From: Eubacteriales bacterium
GTDB lineage: Bacteria; Bacillota; Clostridia; Oscillospirales; QAKW01
NCBI GenBank assembly: GCA_045546895.1
Contig: JAZQDS010000040.1
Span: 9,396 to 73,395, forward strand
DNA: 64,000 nt
Direction: 5' to 3'
This document shows, piece after piece, positions 49,062 through 56,689 of this stretch (positions are counted from its first letter, which is position 1; the number at the start of each line of letters is the position of its first letter). The notes beneath the pieces are model-generated. The model was not told the DNA's origin. It saw only the letters and a program-made list of their open reading frames with translations, and searched no databases. The position numbers and the translations under genes are program-made.

Positions 49062-49082
49062 CTAATGGAGGTAAATCAATTC

Positions 49083-49592
49083 ATGGCAAGTGAAAAGATC
49101 ATTGCTCAGAAACAAGCAGTCGTTGCCGAACTGAAGGAAAAACTTCAGAATGCAGTGACCGGCGTTTTGGTAGATTACAGCGGAATTAATGTTGCCGATG
49201 ATACTGCTCTTCGCGTTAAGCTGAGAGAAGCCGGCGTAGATTATGCCGTTGTTAAGAACACCTTGACCCGTTTTGCTGCCAAGGAAGTTGGTCTGGAAGA
49301 TCTTTCCGATCTGCTTAATGGCAATACAGCGCTGGCCGTTTCCAATGATGATGTTATTGCTCCTGCTAAGGTTCTTTATGAATTCAGCAAGGATCATGAT
49401 TATTTCACCATCAAAGGCGGTTTTGTTGAAGGTAAGGTTGTTTCTGTTGCAGAACTCGAAAAGCTGGCTACTATGCCCAGCAAGGAAGGCCTGCTCTGCA
49501 TGCTGCTTTATGCCCTCAACGGAAATGTTTCCGGTTTGGCTCGCGCTTTGCAAGCGGTTGTCGATCAGAAAAACGAAGCTACCCCTGCATAA
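49083..49592 (+). CDS. rplJ: 50S ribosomal protein L10
   Basis: Start at MASEKIIAQKQAVV, after GGAGG. The L10 pattern GINVADDTALRVKLREAGVDYAVVKNTL is present. Confidence 0.95.
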   Translation: MASEKIIAQKQAVVAELKEKLQNAVTGVLVDYSGINVADDTALRVKLREAGVDYAVVKNTLTRFAAKEVGLEDLSDLLNGNTALAVSNDDVIAPAKVLYEFSKDHDYFTIKGGFVEGKVVSVAELEKLATMPSKEGLLCMLLYALNGNVSGLARALQAVVDQKNEATPA

Positions 49593-49625
49593 TTTTTAAT
49601 TTAATTTTTTTGGAGGAATTTAGAA

Positions 49626-49997
49626 ATGGCTGATATTAAGAATATCGTTGAAGAAATTAAAACACTGAGCGTTATGGAACTGGCTGACCTGGTTCACGCT
49701 ATTGAAGAGGAGTTCGGCGTTTCTGCTGCTGCTCCCGTTGCTGTTGCTGCTGCTCCCGGTGCTGCCGGTGGTGCTGCTGAAGAGAAGAGCGAGTTTGATG
49801 TTGTTCTGGCTAGTGCCGGCGCTTCCAAGATCAATGTTATTAAGGTTGTTAAGGAAATCACCGGTCTGGGCCTGAAGGAAGCTAAGGAACTCGTTGATGG
49901 CGCTCCCAAGACCATCAAGGAAGCTGTATCCAAGGATGAGGCTGAAGAGATTAAGAACAAGCTGACCGAAGCCGGCGCAACTGTTGAGCTGAAGTAA
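49626..49997 (+). CDS. rplL: 50S ribosomal protein L7/L12
   Basis: 123 aa with an Ala-rich hinge ([20 protein letters not shown]) and C-terminal [23 protein letters not shown].. Confidence 0.97.
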   Translation: MADIKNIVEEIKTLSVMELADLVHAIEEEFGVSAAAPVAVAAAPGAAGGAAEEKSEFDVVLASAGASKINVIKVVKEITGLGLKEAKELVDGAPKTIKEAVSKDEAEEIKNKLTEAGATVELK

Positions 49998-50010
49998 TTT
50001 TGTTTTAATC

Positions 50011-50045
50011 AACCGGTCGGCGTATGCCGACCGGTTTTTCTTTTT
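50011..50045 (+). terminator. Intrinsic terminator after rplL
   Basis: AACCGGTCGGC-gtat-GCCGACCGGTT followed by a T-run. Confidence 0.8.
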
Positions 50046-50054
50046 GGAGGCTTT

Positions 50055-51026
50055 ATGGCTGAGAAGTTTAATCCCAAAAAATTAATAGGCTTGGCTCCTA
50101 TGGCCGGCCCCGGCGATAGCGGTTTTCGCAGAATTTGTCGAGAATGCGGTGCGGATTATACTGTTACTGAAATGATCAGCGCGAAAGCAATTTGCTATGG
50201 TAATGATAAAACTATGCTTTTGGCGCGTCATAAACAAGATGAGAAACCGATTCTTATTCAACTTTTTGGTCGAGAGAAAGAAGCAATCGCTTATGCTACC
50301 GCTTTGATTTCCGAGCAATTTCAGCCTGTCGGTATTGATTTAAACATGGGCTGTCCTGCCCCTAAAATTTTTAATAATGGCGATGGCAGTGCTTTATTAA
50401 AAGATCCGAAACTTGCTGCAAGGTTAGTGTCTGCTGCTGTTGGAGCAACATCGCTTCCGGTAAGTGTAAAAATGAGAATTGGGATAGATTCAATTGATCC
50501 TGATATTGTTGAATTTGCTCGCGCGATTCAGGATGCCGGTGCGTCTTTCATTACTGTTCATGGGCGAACGCGCGAGCAGTTTTATTCAGGGAATGCTGAA
50601 TATTCAGCTATTCGGCGGATCAAAGAAGCTTTGAGTATTCCGATTATTGCCAATGGGGATGTAACGGATGGTATTACTGCTGATAAAATCTTAAAAGAAA
50701 CCGGTGCAGACGGGATTATGCTTGCGCGCGGTGCTTTGGGGCGACCCTATGTTTTTGAAGAAATAAAACAATGGATTGCCGAGGGGAAAACGGATAAAAT
50801 GACTGCGGAGCAGCATTTTTCTTATTGCATGAAGCAGCTGGATTATACCATCGAAGATAAGGGCGAAGAAAAAGGCTGCATTGAATTTCGAAAGCATTTG
50901 CTTTGGTATCTAAAGGGCTTTCATGGTTGCTCTGAATTTAAGGTTAAAGCGGGGCATATTTTAAGCCGAAATGATTGCGAACATTTAATTTCTGAAGTTT
51001 TGGCGCAAATTAAAAACCACTTTTGA
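50055..51026 (+). CDS. dusB: tRNA-dihydrouridine synthase
   Basis: LAPMAGPGDSGFRRICRECGADYTVTEM.., DLNMGCPAPK, VKMRIG and ITVHGRTREQ motifs of the Dus family. Confidence 0.9.
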   Translation: MAEKFNPKKLIGLAPMAGPGDSGFRRICRECGADYTVTEMISAKAICYGNDKTMLLARHKQDEKPILIQLFGREKEAIAYATALISEQFQPVGIDLNMGCPAPKIFNNGDGSALLKDPKLAARLVSAAVGATSLPVSVKMRIGIDSIDPDIVEFARAIQDAGASFITVHGRTREQFYSGNAEYSAIRRIKEALSIPIIANGDVTDGITADKILKETGADGIMLARGALGRPYVFEEIKQWIAEGKTDKMTAEQHFSYCMKQLDYTIEDKGEEKGCIEFRKHLLWYLKGFHGCSEFKVKAGHILSRNDCEHLISEVLAQIKNHF

Positions 51027-51050
51027 TTCAATCAAAAGTGGTTTTTATAT
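51012..51050. terminator. Bidirectional terminator between convergent dusB and serA
   Basis: AAAAACCACTTTTGATT-ca-AATCAAAAGTGGTTTTT. It overlaps the dusB stop codon. Confidence 0.7.
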
Positions 51051-51063
51051 TTTAGCGTTAAAA

Positions 51064-52218
51064 TTACTTGATGCAGCGAACCTTTAATACGCCATCAACA
51101 GCCTTCAAGGCCTCCTTAACACGATCGGAAACATCGTTATTACAATCGATAATCGTATAAGCATAGTCGCCTTTGGATTTGTTCAAAAGATTTTCGATGT
51201 TAACACCAACCGCGGAAACGATGGTGGAGAGGGTAGAGAGCATATTAGGAATGTTGCGATGGCAGATGCAGATCCGCAGCGCAGAAGCGAAGGGGGTAGA
51301 AACATTGGGGTAATTAACAGAATTGGTGATGTTACCATTTTCAAGATAGTCTCGAAGTTCCTTTGCAGCCATAACAGCGCAATTATCTTCGCTTTCAGGA
51401 GTAGAGGCCCCGAGATGGGGGATGGGAACAACGTTCTTCATTGCCAGCGTTTTTGCATTGGGAAAGTCGGTAACATATTTAGCAACCTTGCCGCTTTCGA
51501 GCGCTTCGGCGATATCTTCATCGTTTACCAGATCGGCGCGGGAAAGATTCAAGATGCGAACGCCGTCTTTCATGGTGGCGATGGTATCTTTGTTGACGCA
51601 ATGTCTGGTTTCATCGGTTAAGGGAGCATGGATGCAGATATAATCGCAAACGCTGAAGATTTCTTCGATGTTTGCGGCTTTGATAACATGATGGTTCAGG
51701 TTCCATGCGGATTGCAGGGAAATATAGGGATCATAGCCATAAACCTTCATGCCGAGATGCTGAGCAGCATTTGCAACTTGAACGCCGATGGCGCCAAGGC
51801 CGATAATACCGAGCTTTTTGCCCAAAATTTCAGGACCGACAAACTGGGATTTACCTTTCTCAACCTGTTTTGCAACATCATCACCTGAAAGGGTCTTTGC
51901 CCATTCGACACCGCCGATGATATCGCGGGAGGCCAGAAGCAGAGCGGCAATCGCCAATTCTTTAACTGCGTTTGCATTTGCGCCGGGAGTATTGAATACA
52001 ACGATACCTTTTTCGGCACAGGTGTCCAAAGGAATATTGTTTACACCCGCACCGGCTCTTGCGATGGCGTTCAGAGAGGCGGGAAACTCCATATCGTGGA
52101 GAGAGGCGCTGCGAACTAAAATGCCATCAGGGGCATCGCAGGTATCGCAGATTTCATAATTGGAATCAAAGCCTTCAAGGCCGATTTTTGCGATTTTATT
52201 CAGAGTTTGGATTTTCAT
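51064..52218 (-). CDS. serA: D-3-phosphoglycerate dehydrogenase (with C-terminal ACT domain)
   Basis: 384 aa with the NAD-binding motif GIIGLGAIG, a 2-hydroxyacid dehydrogenase core and a C-terminal ACT-like region. It is adjacent to serC. Confidence 0.9.
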   Translation of the reverse strand: MKIQTLNKIAKIGLEGFDSNYEICDTCDAPDGILVRSASLHDMEFPASLNAIARAGAGVNNIPLDTCAEKGIVVFNTPGANANAVKELAIAALLLASRDIIGGVEWAKTLSGDDVAKQVEKGKSQFVGPEILGKKLGIIGLGAIGVQVANAAQHLGMKVYGYDPYISLQSAWNLNHHVIKAANIEEIFSVCDYICIHAPLTDETRHCVNKDTIATMKDGVRILNLSRADLVNDEDIAEALESGKVAKYVTDFPNAKTLAMKNVVPIPHLGASTPESEDNCAVMAAKELRDYLENGNITNSVNYPNVSTPFASALRICICHRNIPNMLSTLSTIVSAVGVNIENLLNKSKGDYAYTIIDCNNDVSDRVKEALKAVDGVLKVRCIK

Positions 52219-52219
52219 T

Positions 52220-53299
52220 TTATTTATTTTCCTCTTCGAATTTCTTCATAAAGTTCACAAGCGCTTCAACGCCTTCATAGGGCATTGCATTATAAATGCT
52301 TGCGCGCATGCCGCCAACAGAACGATGGCCTTTGATGTTAACAAAACCATTTTTGGTGCATTCTGCAATGAATTTCTTATCCAGCTCATCGTTGCCGGTA
52401 ACAAAGGGAACGTTCATTAAAGAGCGGGAAGCGCCCATAACAGTGGGGTGGAACATTTCGGATTGATCCAGGAAATCATAGAGAAGAGCGGCCTTTTTCT
52501 TATTGTTTTCTTCCAGAACCTTGATGCCGCCGAGGTTTTCGATCCATTCCAAAACCAATTTCAGCATATAGATTGCATAGGTCGGAGGAGTATTAAACAT
52601 AGATGCATTTTCAGAATGGGTCTTATAAGCAAACATGGTGGGCGTAATCTCTTGGGGCTCGCCGATCAGGTCTTCGCGGATAATAACAACGGTAAGGCCT
52701 GCAGGACCCATATTCTTTTGGGCGCCGGCATAGATCATTCCGTATTTGCTGACATCAACTTCCTCGCTCAGGATGGAGGAAGACATATCGGCAATCAAAG
52801 GCACATTGCCGGTTTCAGGCAGCTTATAATACTTTGTACCATAGATAGTGTTATTGTAGCAAATATGGCAATAATCCGCGTCTTTATCGAAATCAAGGCC
52901 ATCCAACTCGGGAATATAGGAGAAGGTCTTATCTTCGCTGGAAGCAACCGCGCGGCAGTTCCCGTAGCGCGAACCTTCCTTAAATGCTTTCTTGGCCCAT
53001 TGACCTGTAATGATGTAATCTGCTTTTCCGTTTTTGGTCATCAAATTCAGGGGAACCATTGCAAATTGGCTGGAGGCGCCGCCCTGAAGGAAAAGGACTT
53101 TATAATTATCGGGGATGGAGAGTACTTTACGAAGTAAAGCTTCCGCAGATTCGATGATTGCGCCATATTCCTTTGAACGATGGCTCATCTCCATAACTGA
53201 TTGACCGGAAGTGCCATACTCGGTCATTTCGCTTGCGGCCTTTTCTAAAACTTCCAAAGGAAGCATGGAGGGACCTGCGGAAAAATTGTAAACTCTCAT
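52220..53299 (-). CDS. serC: Phosphoserine aminotransferase
   Basis: Start at MRVYNFSAGPSMLP, with AAAGGTG 7 nt upstream. The ORF-track start at 53308 is a GTG inside the RBS. Confidence 0.93.
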   Translation of the reverse strand: MRVYNFSAGPSMLPLEVLEKAASEMTEYGTSGQSVMEMSHRSKEYGAIIESAEALLRKVLSIPDNYKVLFLQGGASSQFAMVPLNLMTKNGKADYIITGQWAKKAFKEGSRYGNCRAVASSEDKTFSYIPELDGLDFDKDADYCHICYNNTIYGTKYYKLPETGNVPLIADMSSSILSEEVDVSKYGMIYAGAQKNMGPAGLTVVIIREDLIGEPQEITPTMFAYKTHSENASMFNTPPTYAIYMLKLVLEWIENLGGIKVLEENNKKKAALLYDFLDQSEMFHPTVMGASRSLMNVPFVTGNDELDKKFIAECTKNGFVNIKGHRSVGGMRASIYNAMPYEGVEALVNFMKKFEEENK

Positions 53300-53335
53300 T
53301 AAAAACACCTTTCTTTCAATAATTTATAATATATT

Positions 53336-53364
53336 ATTATAAATTAGCTATTTATAAAAGTCAA
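53336..53364 (-). promoter_or_regulatory. Sigma-A-like promoter for serC-serA
   Basis: On the minus strand: TTGACT (53364-53359), 17-nt spacer, TATAAT (53341-53336). It lies about 37 nt upstream of the serC ATG. Confidence 0.6.
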
Positions 53365-53387
53365 CTTCTTTTTCAAAAATATCATAC

Positions 53388-53416
53388 TTGCTTATAAAAA
53401 TATATTATGATATAAT
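53388..53416 (+). promoter_or_regulatory. Sigma-A-like promoter for the DRTGG/GHKL/HydS-like cassette
   Basis: TTGCTT (53388-53393), 17-nt spacer ending in TGa, TATAAT (53411-53416). Confidence 0.6.
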
Positions 53417-53461
53417 AATCAATGGAATATTATATATTTTCTCAATAAAAGGAGTAAAAAA

Positions 53462-53818
53462 ATGAAGATTTCCGAGGTAAAAGAATTATTGGATGCTGAT
53501 GTGCTTTGCTGCGAAGAGGGGTTGGCTTATGAAGCTAAAAGTGCCTGCGGCTCCGATATGATGAGTGATGTTCTTGCTTTTGTTAAGGATCAGGGCATTT
53601 TATTGACCGGCTTGGTCAATCTTCAAACGATTCGTACCGCTCAAATGATGGATATGAAATGCATTGTTTTTGTTCGCGGTAAGCGTCCGGATGAGTCAGT
53701 TGTTTCTTTGGCTGAAACCAATGGGATTACTTTGCTTGCAACAGATTTTCGAATGTATACTGCCTGTGGAATTCTCTATCATAACGGATTATTGAGCGAA
53801 GGGGTTGACAAAGTATGA
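53462..53818 (+). CDS. DRTGG-domain protein (copy 1)
   Basis: 118 aa. ..GSDMMSDVLAFVKDQGILLTGLVNLQTIRTAQMMDMKCIVFVRGKRPDESVV..A..NGITLLATDF.MY.ACG matches the small stand-alone DRTGG proteins I recall next to clostridial hydrogenase operons. Confidence 0.65.
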   Translation: MKISEVKELLDADVLCCEEGLAYEAKSACGSDMMSDVLAFVKDQGILLTGLVNLQTIRTAQMMDMKCIVFVRGKRPDESVVSLAETNGITLLATDFRMYTACGILYHNGLLSEGVDKV

Positions 53819-54237
53819 CAGAACCGATCGTATTAAAATATCGAGTTGATGGTGATGATTTCAGCATGGCTGGCGAAGCCTCCAGCGATGTAAAAAAAGT
53901 TTTGAAGCAGCTTGGATTTTCGCCTGATGTCATCCGCCGCGTTTCAATTTCCATGTATGAGGCGGAAATCAATATGGTAATTCATGCTGAGGGTGGAGAG
54001 ATTACTGTTGAAATTTTTCAAGACAATATTCATATTGTTCTTGCGGACCATGGTCCCGGCATAAAGGATGTTGAATTGGCGATGCAAGAAGGCTATTCTA
54101 CCGCACCGGAGGAGGTGCGGAATCTTGGCTTTGGCGCCGGTATGGGTTTACCGAATATAAAGCGTTACTCCGATAATCTGGCCATTGATACCGTTATCGG
54201 AAGCGGAACAACATTAACCATTGACATACATACTTGA
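53815..54237 (+). CDS. GHKL ATPase, anti-sigma-factor/Ser-Thr-kinase-like (RsbW/SpoIIAB size class)
   Basis: 140 aa with N-box EAEINMVIHA, G1 DHGPGI and G2 GFGAGMGLPN. No HisKA domain. 4-nt overlap with the upstream gene. Confidence 0.7.
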   Translation: MTEPIVLKYRVDGDDFSMAGEASSDVKKVLKQLGFSPDVIRRVSISMYEAEINMVIHAEGGEITVEIFQDNIHIVLADHGPGIKDVELAMQEGYSTAPEEVRNLGFGAGMGLPNIKRYSDNLAIDTVIGSGTTLTIDIHT

Positions 54238-54247
54238 GGTGATTAAT

Positions 54248-55504
54248 TTGGATTATTTCCATTCTGTTACATTAGACGCATCCCGATGTCGCGGATGTAC
54301 CACCTGCGTTAAACGTTGTCCAACCGAAGCAATTCGAGTAAAAGAAGGAAAGGCAACAATTATCAAGGAGCGCTGTATTGATTGCGGCGAATGTATTCGT
54401 GTTTGCCCGCATCGCGCTAAAAAGGCAGTTTACGATAGGCTGGATGCATTGGAAAAATTTGAATATAATGTTGCAATTCCCGCACCCGCATTATATGGAC
54501 AATTCAACAACCTTGATAATGCCGATTATGTATTAACAGGCTTGCTGGAGCTGGGATTTGATGATGTTTTTGAGGTATCAAGAGCGGCTGAGCTGGTTTC
54601 GGAATTTACCCGTAAGGAATTGGAAAACCCTGATCTGCCGCGCCCGCTGATTTCAACCGCCTGCCCTGCAATTGTGCGCTTAATTCGGGTTCGTTTTCCG
54701 AAGCTGATCCCGCACCTGCTTTCTCTTCGCGCGCCGATTGAAATTGCGGCAGAGATCGCCCGCAGGGAAGCGATTAGAAAGAGCGGCTTGCCCAGCGAAA
54801 AAATCGGCGTATTCTTTATCTCGCCATGTCCTGCCAAGGTTACTGCTGTTCGCCAGCCGTTGGGGACAGATACTACCTGTATAGATGGTGTTTTGGCTAT
54901 TTCCGATATTTATAAGCCGCTGCTTTCGAAAATGAATAAAATTACTCAGCCGAAGCCCCTTTGCGAAAGCGGGCTCACAGGAATTTCATGGGCTTATACC
55001 GGCGGTGAAGCAACCGCCTTGCTGCGTACAAAATATCTTGCGGCAGACGGGGTCGAGAATGTGCTGAAAATCCTTGAGGAAATCGAGGATGAAAAGCTGG
55101 AGGATCTTGATTTTGTTGAGCTCGGGGCTTGCGTTTCCGGCTGTGTTGGCGGCTGCCTTACGATCGAAAATCCTTATATTGCTCGGACGCGGGTTCGTCA
55201 GCTGCGTAAATATATGCCTGTTTCCGCGAATAAGATGAAGGATTTTGATCTCAAGCCCGAGGAATACCATTGGTATAATCCAATAGAATATGATCCGATT
55301 ATGCAGCTGGACTCCGATCTTGCTGTTGCGATGCAAAAAATGCAGAAAATACGCGAAATTGAAAGCGAACTACCGGGGATAGATTGCTCTGCCTGCGGCG
55401 CGCCGACCTGCCATGCCTTGGCGGTGGATGTCGTTAACGGAACAGCTAAGTTTTCCGATTGCTTGATCGTTTTAAAAAATCGTTTGAAGGATATTATGGA
55501 ATGA
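54248..55504 (+). CDS. HydS-like (putative sensory) [FeFe]-hydrogenase homologue: 2x[4Fe-4S] ferredoxin domain, H-cluster domain, C-terminal Cx2Cx4Cx16C motif, no PAS
   Basis: CRGCTTCVKRCP and CIDCGECIRVCP are followed by H-domain motifs ISTACPAIV (L1-like), ISPCPAKVTA (L2-like) and ELGACVSGCVGGC (L3-like). The C-terminus has CSACGAPTCH-x15-C. Start set at TTG 54248, which has GAGGTG 6 nt upstream. TTG 54221 is the alternative. Confidence 0.8.
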   Translation: MDYFHSVTLDASRCRGCTTCVKRCPTEAIRVKEGKATIIKERCIDCGECIRVCPHRAKKAVYDRLDALEKFEYNVAIPAPALYGQFNNLDNADYVLTGLLELGFDDVFEVSRAAELVSEFTRKELENPDLPRPLISTACPAIVRLIRVRFPKLIPHLLSLRAPIEIAAEIARREAIRKSGLPSEKIGVFFISPCPAKVTAVRQPLGTDTTCIDGVLAISDIYKPLLSKMNKITQPKPLCESGLTGISWAYTGGEATALLRTKYLAADGVENVLKILEEIEDEKLEDLDFVELGACVSGCVGGCLTIENPYIARTRVRQLRKYMPVSANKMKDFDLKPEEYHWYNPIEYDPIMQLDSDLAVAMQKMQKIREIESELPGIDCSACGAPTCHALAVDVVNGTAKFSDCLIVLKNRLKDIME

Positions 55505-55839
55505 TGAATGTTCATGAGCTTGCTGCTTCTTGCGGCTTTACCTATTTTAATGGCGATGACATTGATGGGCGCGATGTTTCCGGGGCCTATTGCTGCGATT
55601 TACTTTCCTGGGTAATCGGCCGAGCCGAGGCGGGCGATGCTTTGGTCACTGTTATGTCGAATGCTAATGTTATGGCGGTTGCAGTTATGGCGGATCTGCC
55701 CTGCGTTATTTTAAGCGAAGGGGTTCGTCCTGATGAAAATGCCCTGAATAAAGCAATTGAAAATGATATTATTGTATTATCTTCGGCCGCGCCGACTTAT
55801 CAGACGGCGGTAATGATTCATGAGGCGTTGAACGTGTGA
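55501..55839 (+). CDS. DRTGG-domain protein (copy 2)
   Basis: 112 aa. ..AYCCDLLSWVIGRAEAGDALVTVMSNANVMAVAVMADLPCVILSEGVRPDENAL..A.ENDIIVLSS parallels copy 1. ATGA overlap with the upstream gene. Confidence 0.6.
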   Translation: MMNVHELAASCGFTYFNGDDIDGRDVSGAYCCDLLSWVIGRAEAGDALVTVMSNANVMAVAVMADLPCVILSEGVRPDENALNKAIENDIIVLSSAAPTYQTAVMIHEALNV

Positions 55840-56564
55840 TGAAAGTTCACTACGACCTTCATATACATTCGGCACTTTCGCCCTGCGGGGATCCGGATAT
55901 GACGCCTAATAATATCGTAAATATGGCGATGATATGCGGGCTGGATATGATCGCTGTTGCCGATCATAACACGACAGGAAATGTTGAGGCTGTTATGGCG
56001 GTAGCTGAAAAAGCAGGGATAACTGTTGTTCCTGCAATGGAACTTGAAACGGCGGAAGAAATCCATGTTTTATGTCTATTTCCGGATCTTAAAGCCGCAC
56101 GACTTTTTGAAGAAGAAAAGGTGGCACCCGCGTTGCCACCCATTGAAAACCGAGCAGAAATCTTTGGCGAGCAATGGTTGATGGATCAGGAGGATCGGAT
56201 TATTGGCCATGAACCGCGGTACCTGATAAATGCAACATCAATCTCTATTGATGACATTGCTGTAATGATCCGGCCTTATGGAGGAGTTGCTGTTCCTGCT
56301 CATATCGATAAGCAGACCAAAAGCTTGGTGGGAAATTTTGGTATGGTAGGGGATTATCTGGGATTTACTACCTTTGAACTCTCCAAAAATGTTACCGATT
56401 ATTTTCTCGATGCCACGCCCGGCTTGGGAGCGCGCCCCTATCGTTATATTCATAATTCCGATGCTCATTATCTTCAGGATATCGGCGAGCATTCCGGGGA
56501 AAATCTTTTGGAATTGGAAGAAAATTCCGCCCATGCATTAATTCGTTTGTTTTGCCAGATTTAA
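55839..56564 (+). CDS. PHP-domain phosphoesterase
   Basis: YDLHIHSALSPCGD and IAVADHNT motifs, with further His/Asp ligands (PAHID, HNSDAH). Start at ATG 55839 or GTG 55836, overlapping the upstream stop. Confidence 0.8.
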   Translation: MKVHYDLHIHSALSPCGDPDMTPNNIVNMAMICGLDMIAVADHNTTGNVEAVMAVAEKAGITVVPAMELETAEEIHVLCLFPDLKAARLFEEEKVAPALPPIENRAEIFGEQWLMDQEDRIIGHEPRYLINATSISIDDIAVMIRPYGGVAVPAHIDKQTKSLVGNFGMVGDYLGFTTFELSKNVTDYFLDATPGLGARPYRYIHNSDAHYLQDIGEHSGENLLELEENSAHALIRLFCQI

Positions 56565-56600
56565 TTTGGTTTATTTTATTGAAAAAAATCGAAAAATGTG

Positions 56601-56629
56601 TGGAAATAAATTATTTCTTATGCTATAAT
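56601..56629 (+). promoter_or_regulatory. Sigma-A-like promoter (extended -10) for the hydrogenase structural operon
   Basis: Weak -35 TGGAAA (56601-56606), 17-nt spacer, TGcTATAAT (56621-56629). Confidence 0.5.
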
Positions 56630-56689
56630 ATAAATGTTTGTATTATGGAATTTACTGCTAAGCAGTTTCAATACTAAGGAGGACAAAAA

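Noticed and set aside
53309-53461. T-box or other riboswitch upstream of serC, and a Rex operator in the divergent region and at 56565-56689
   Set aside because: The serC 5' UTR is only about 30 nt from the predicted promoter, which is too short for a T-box. I found no TTGTGAA/TTGTTAA-N4-TTAACAA-like inverted repeat in either hydrogenase promoter region.
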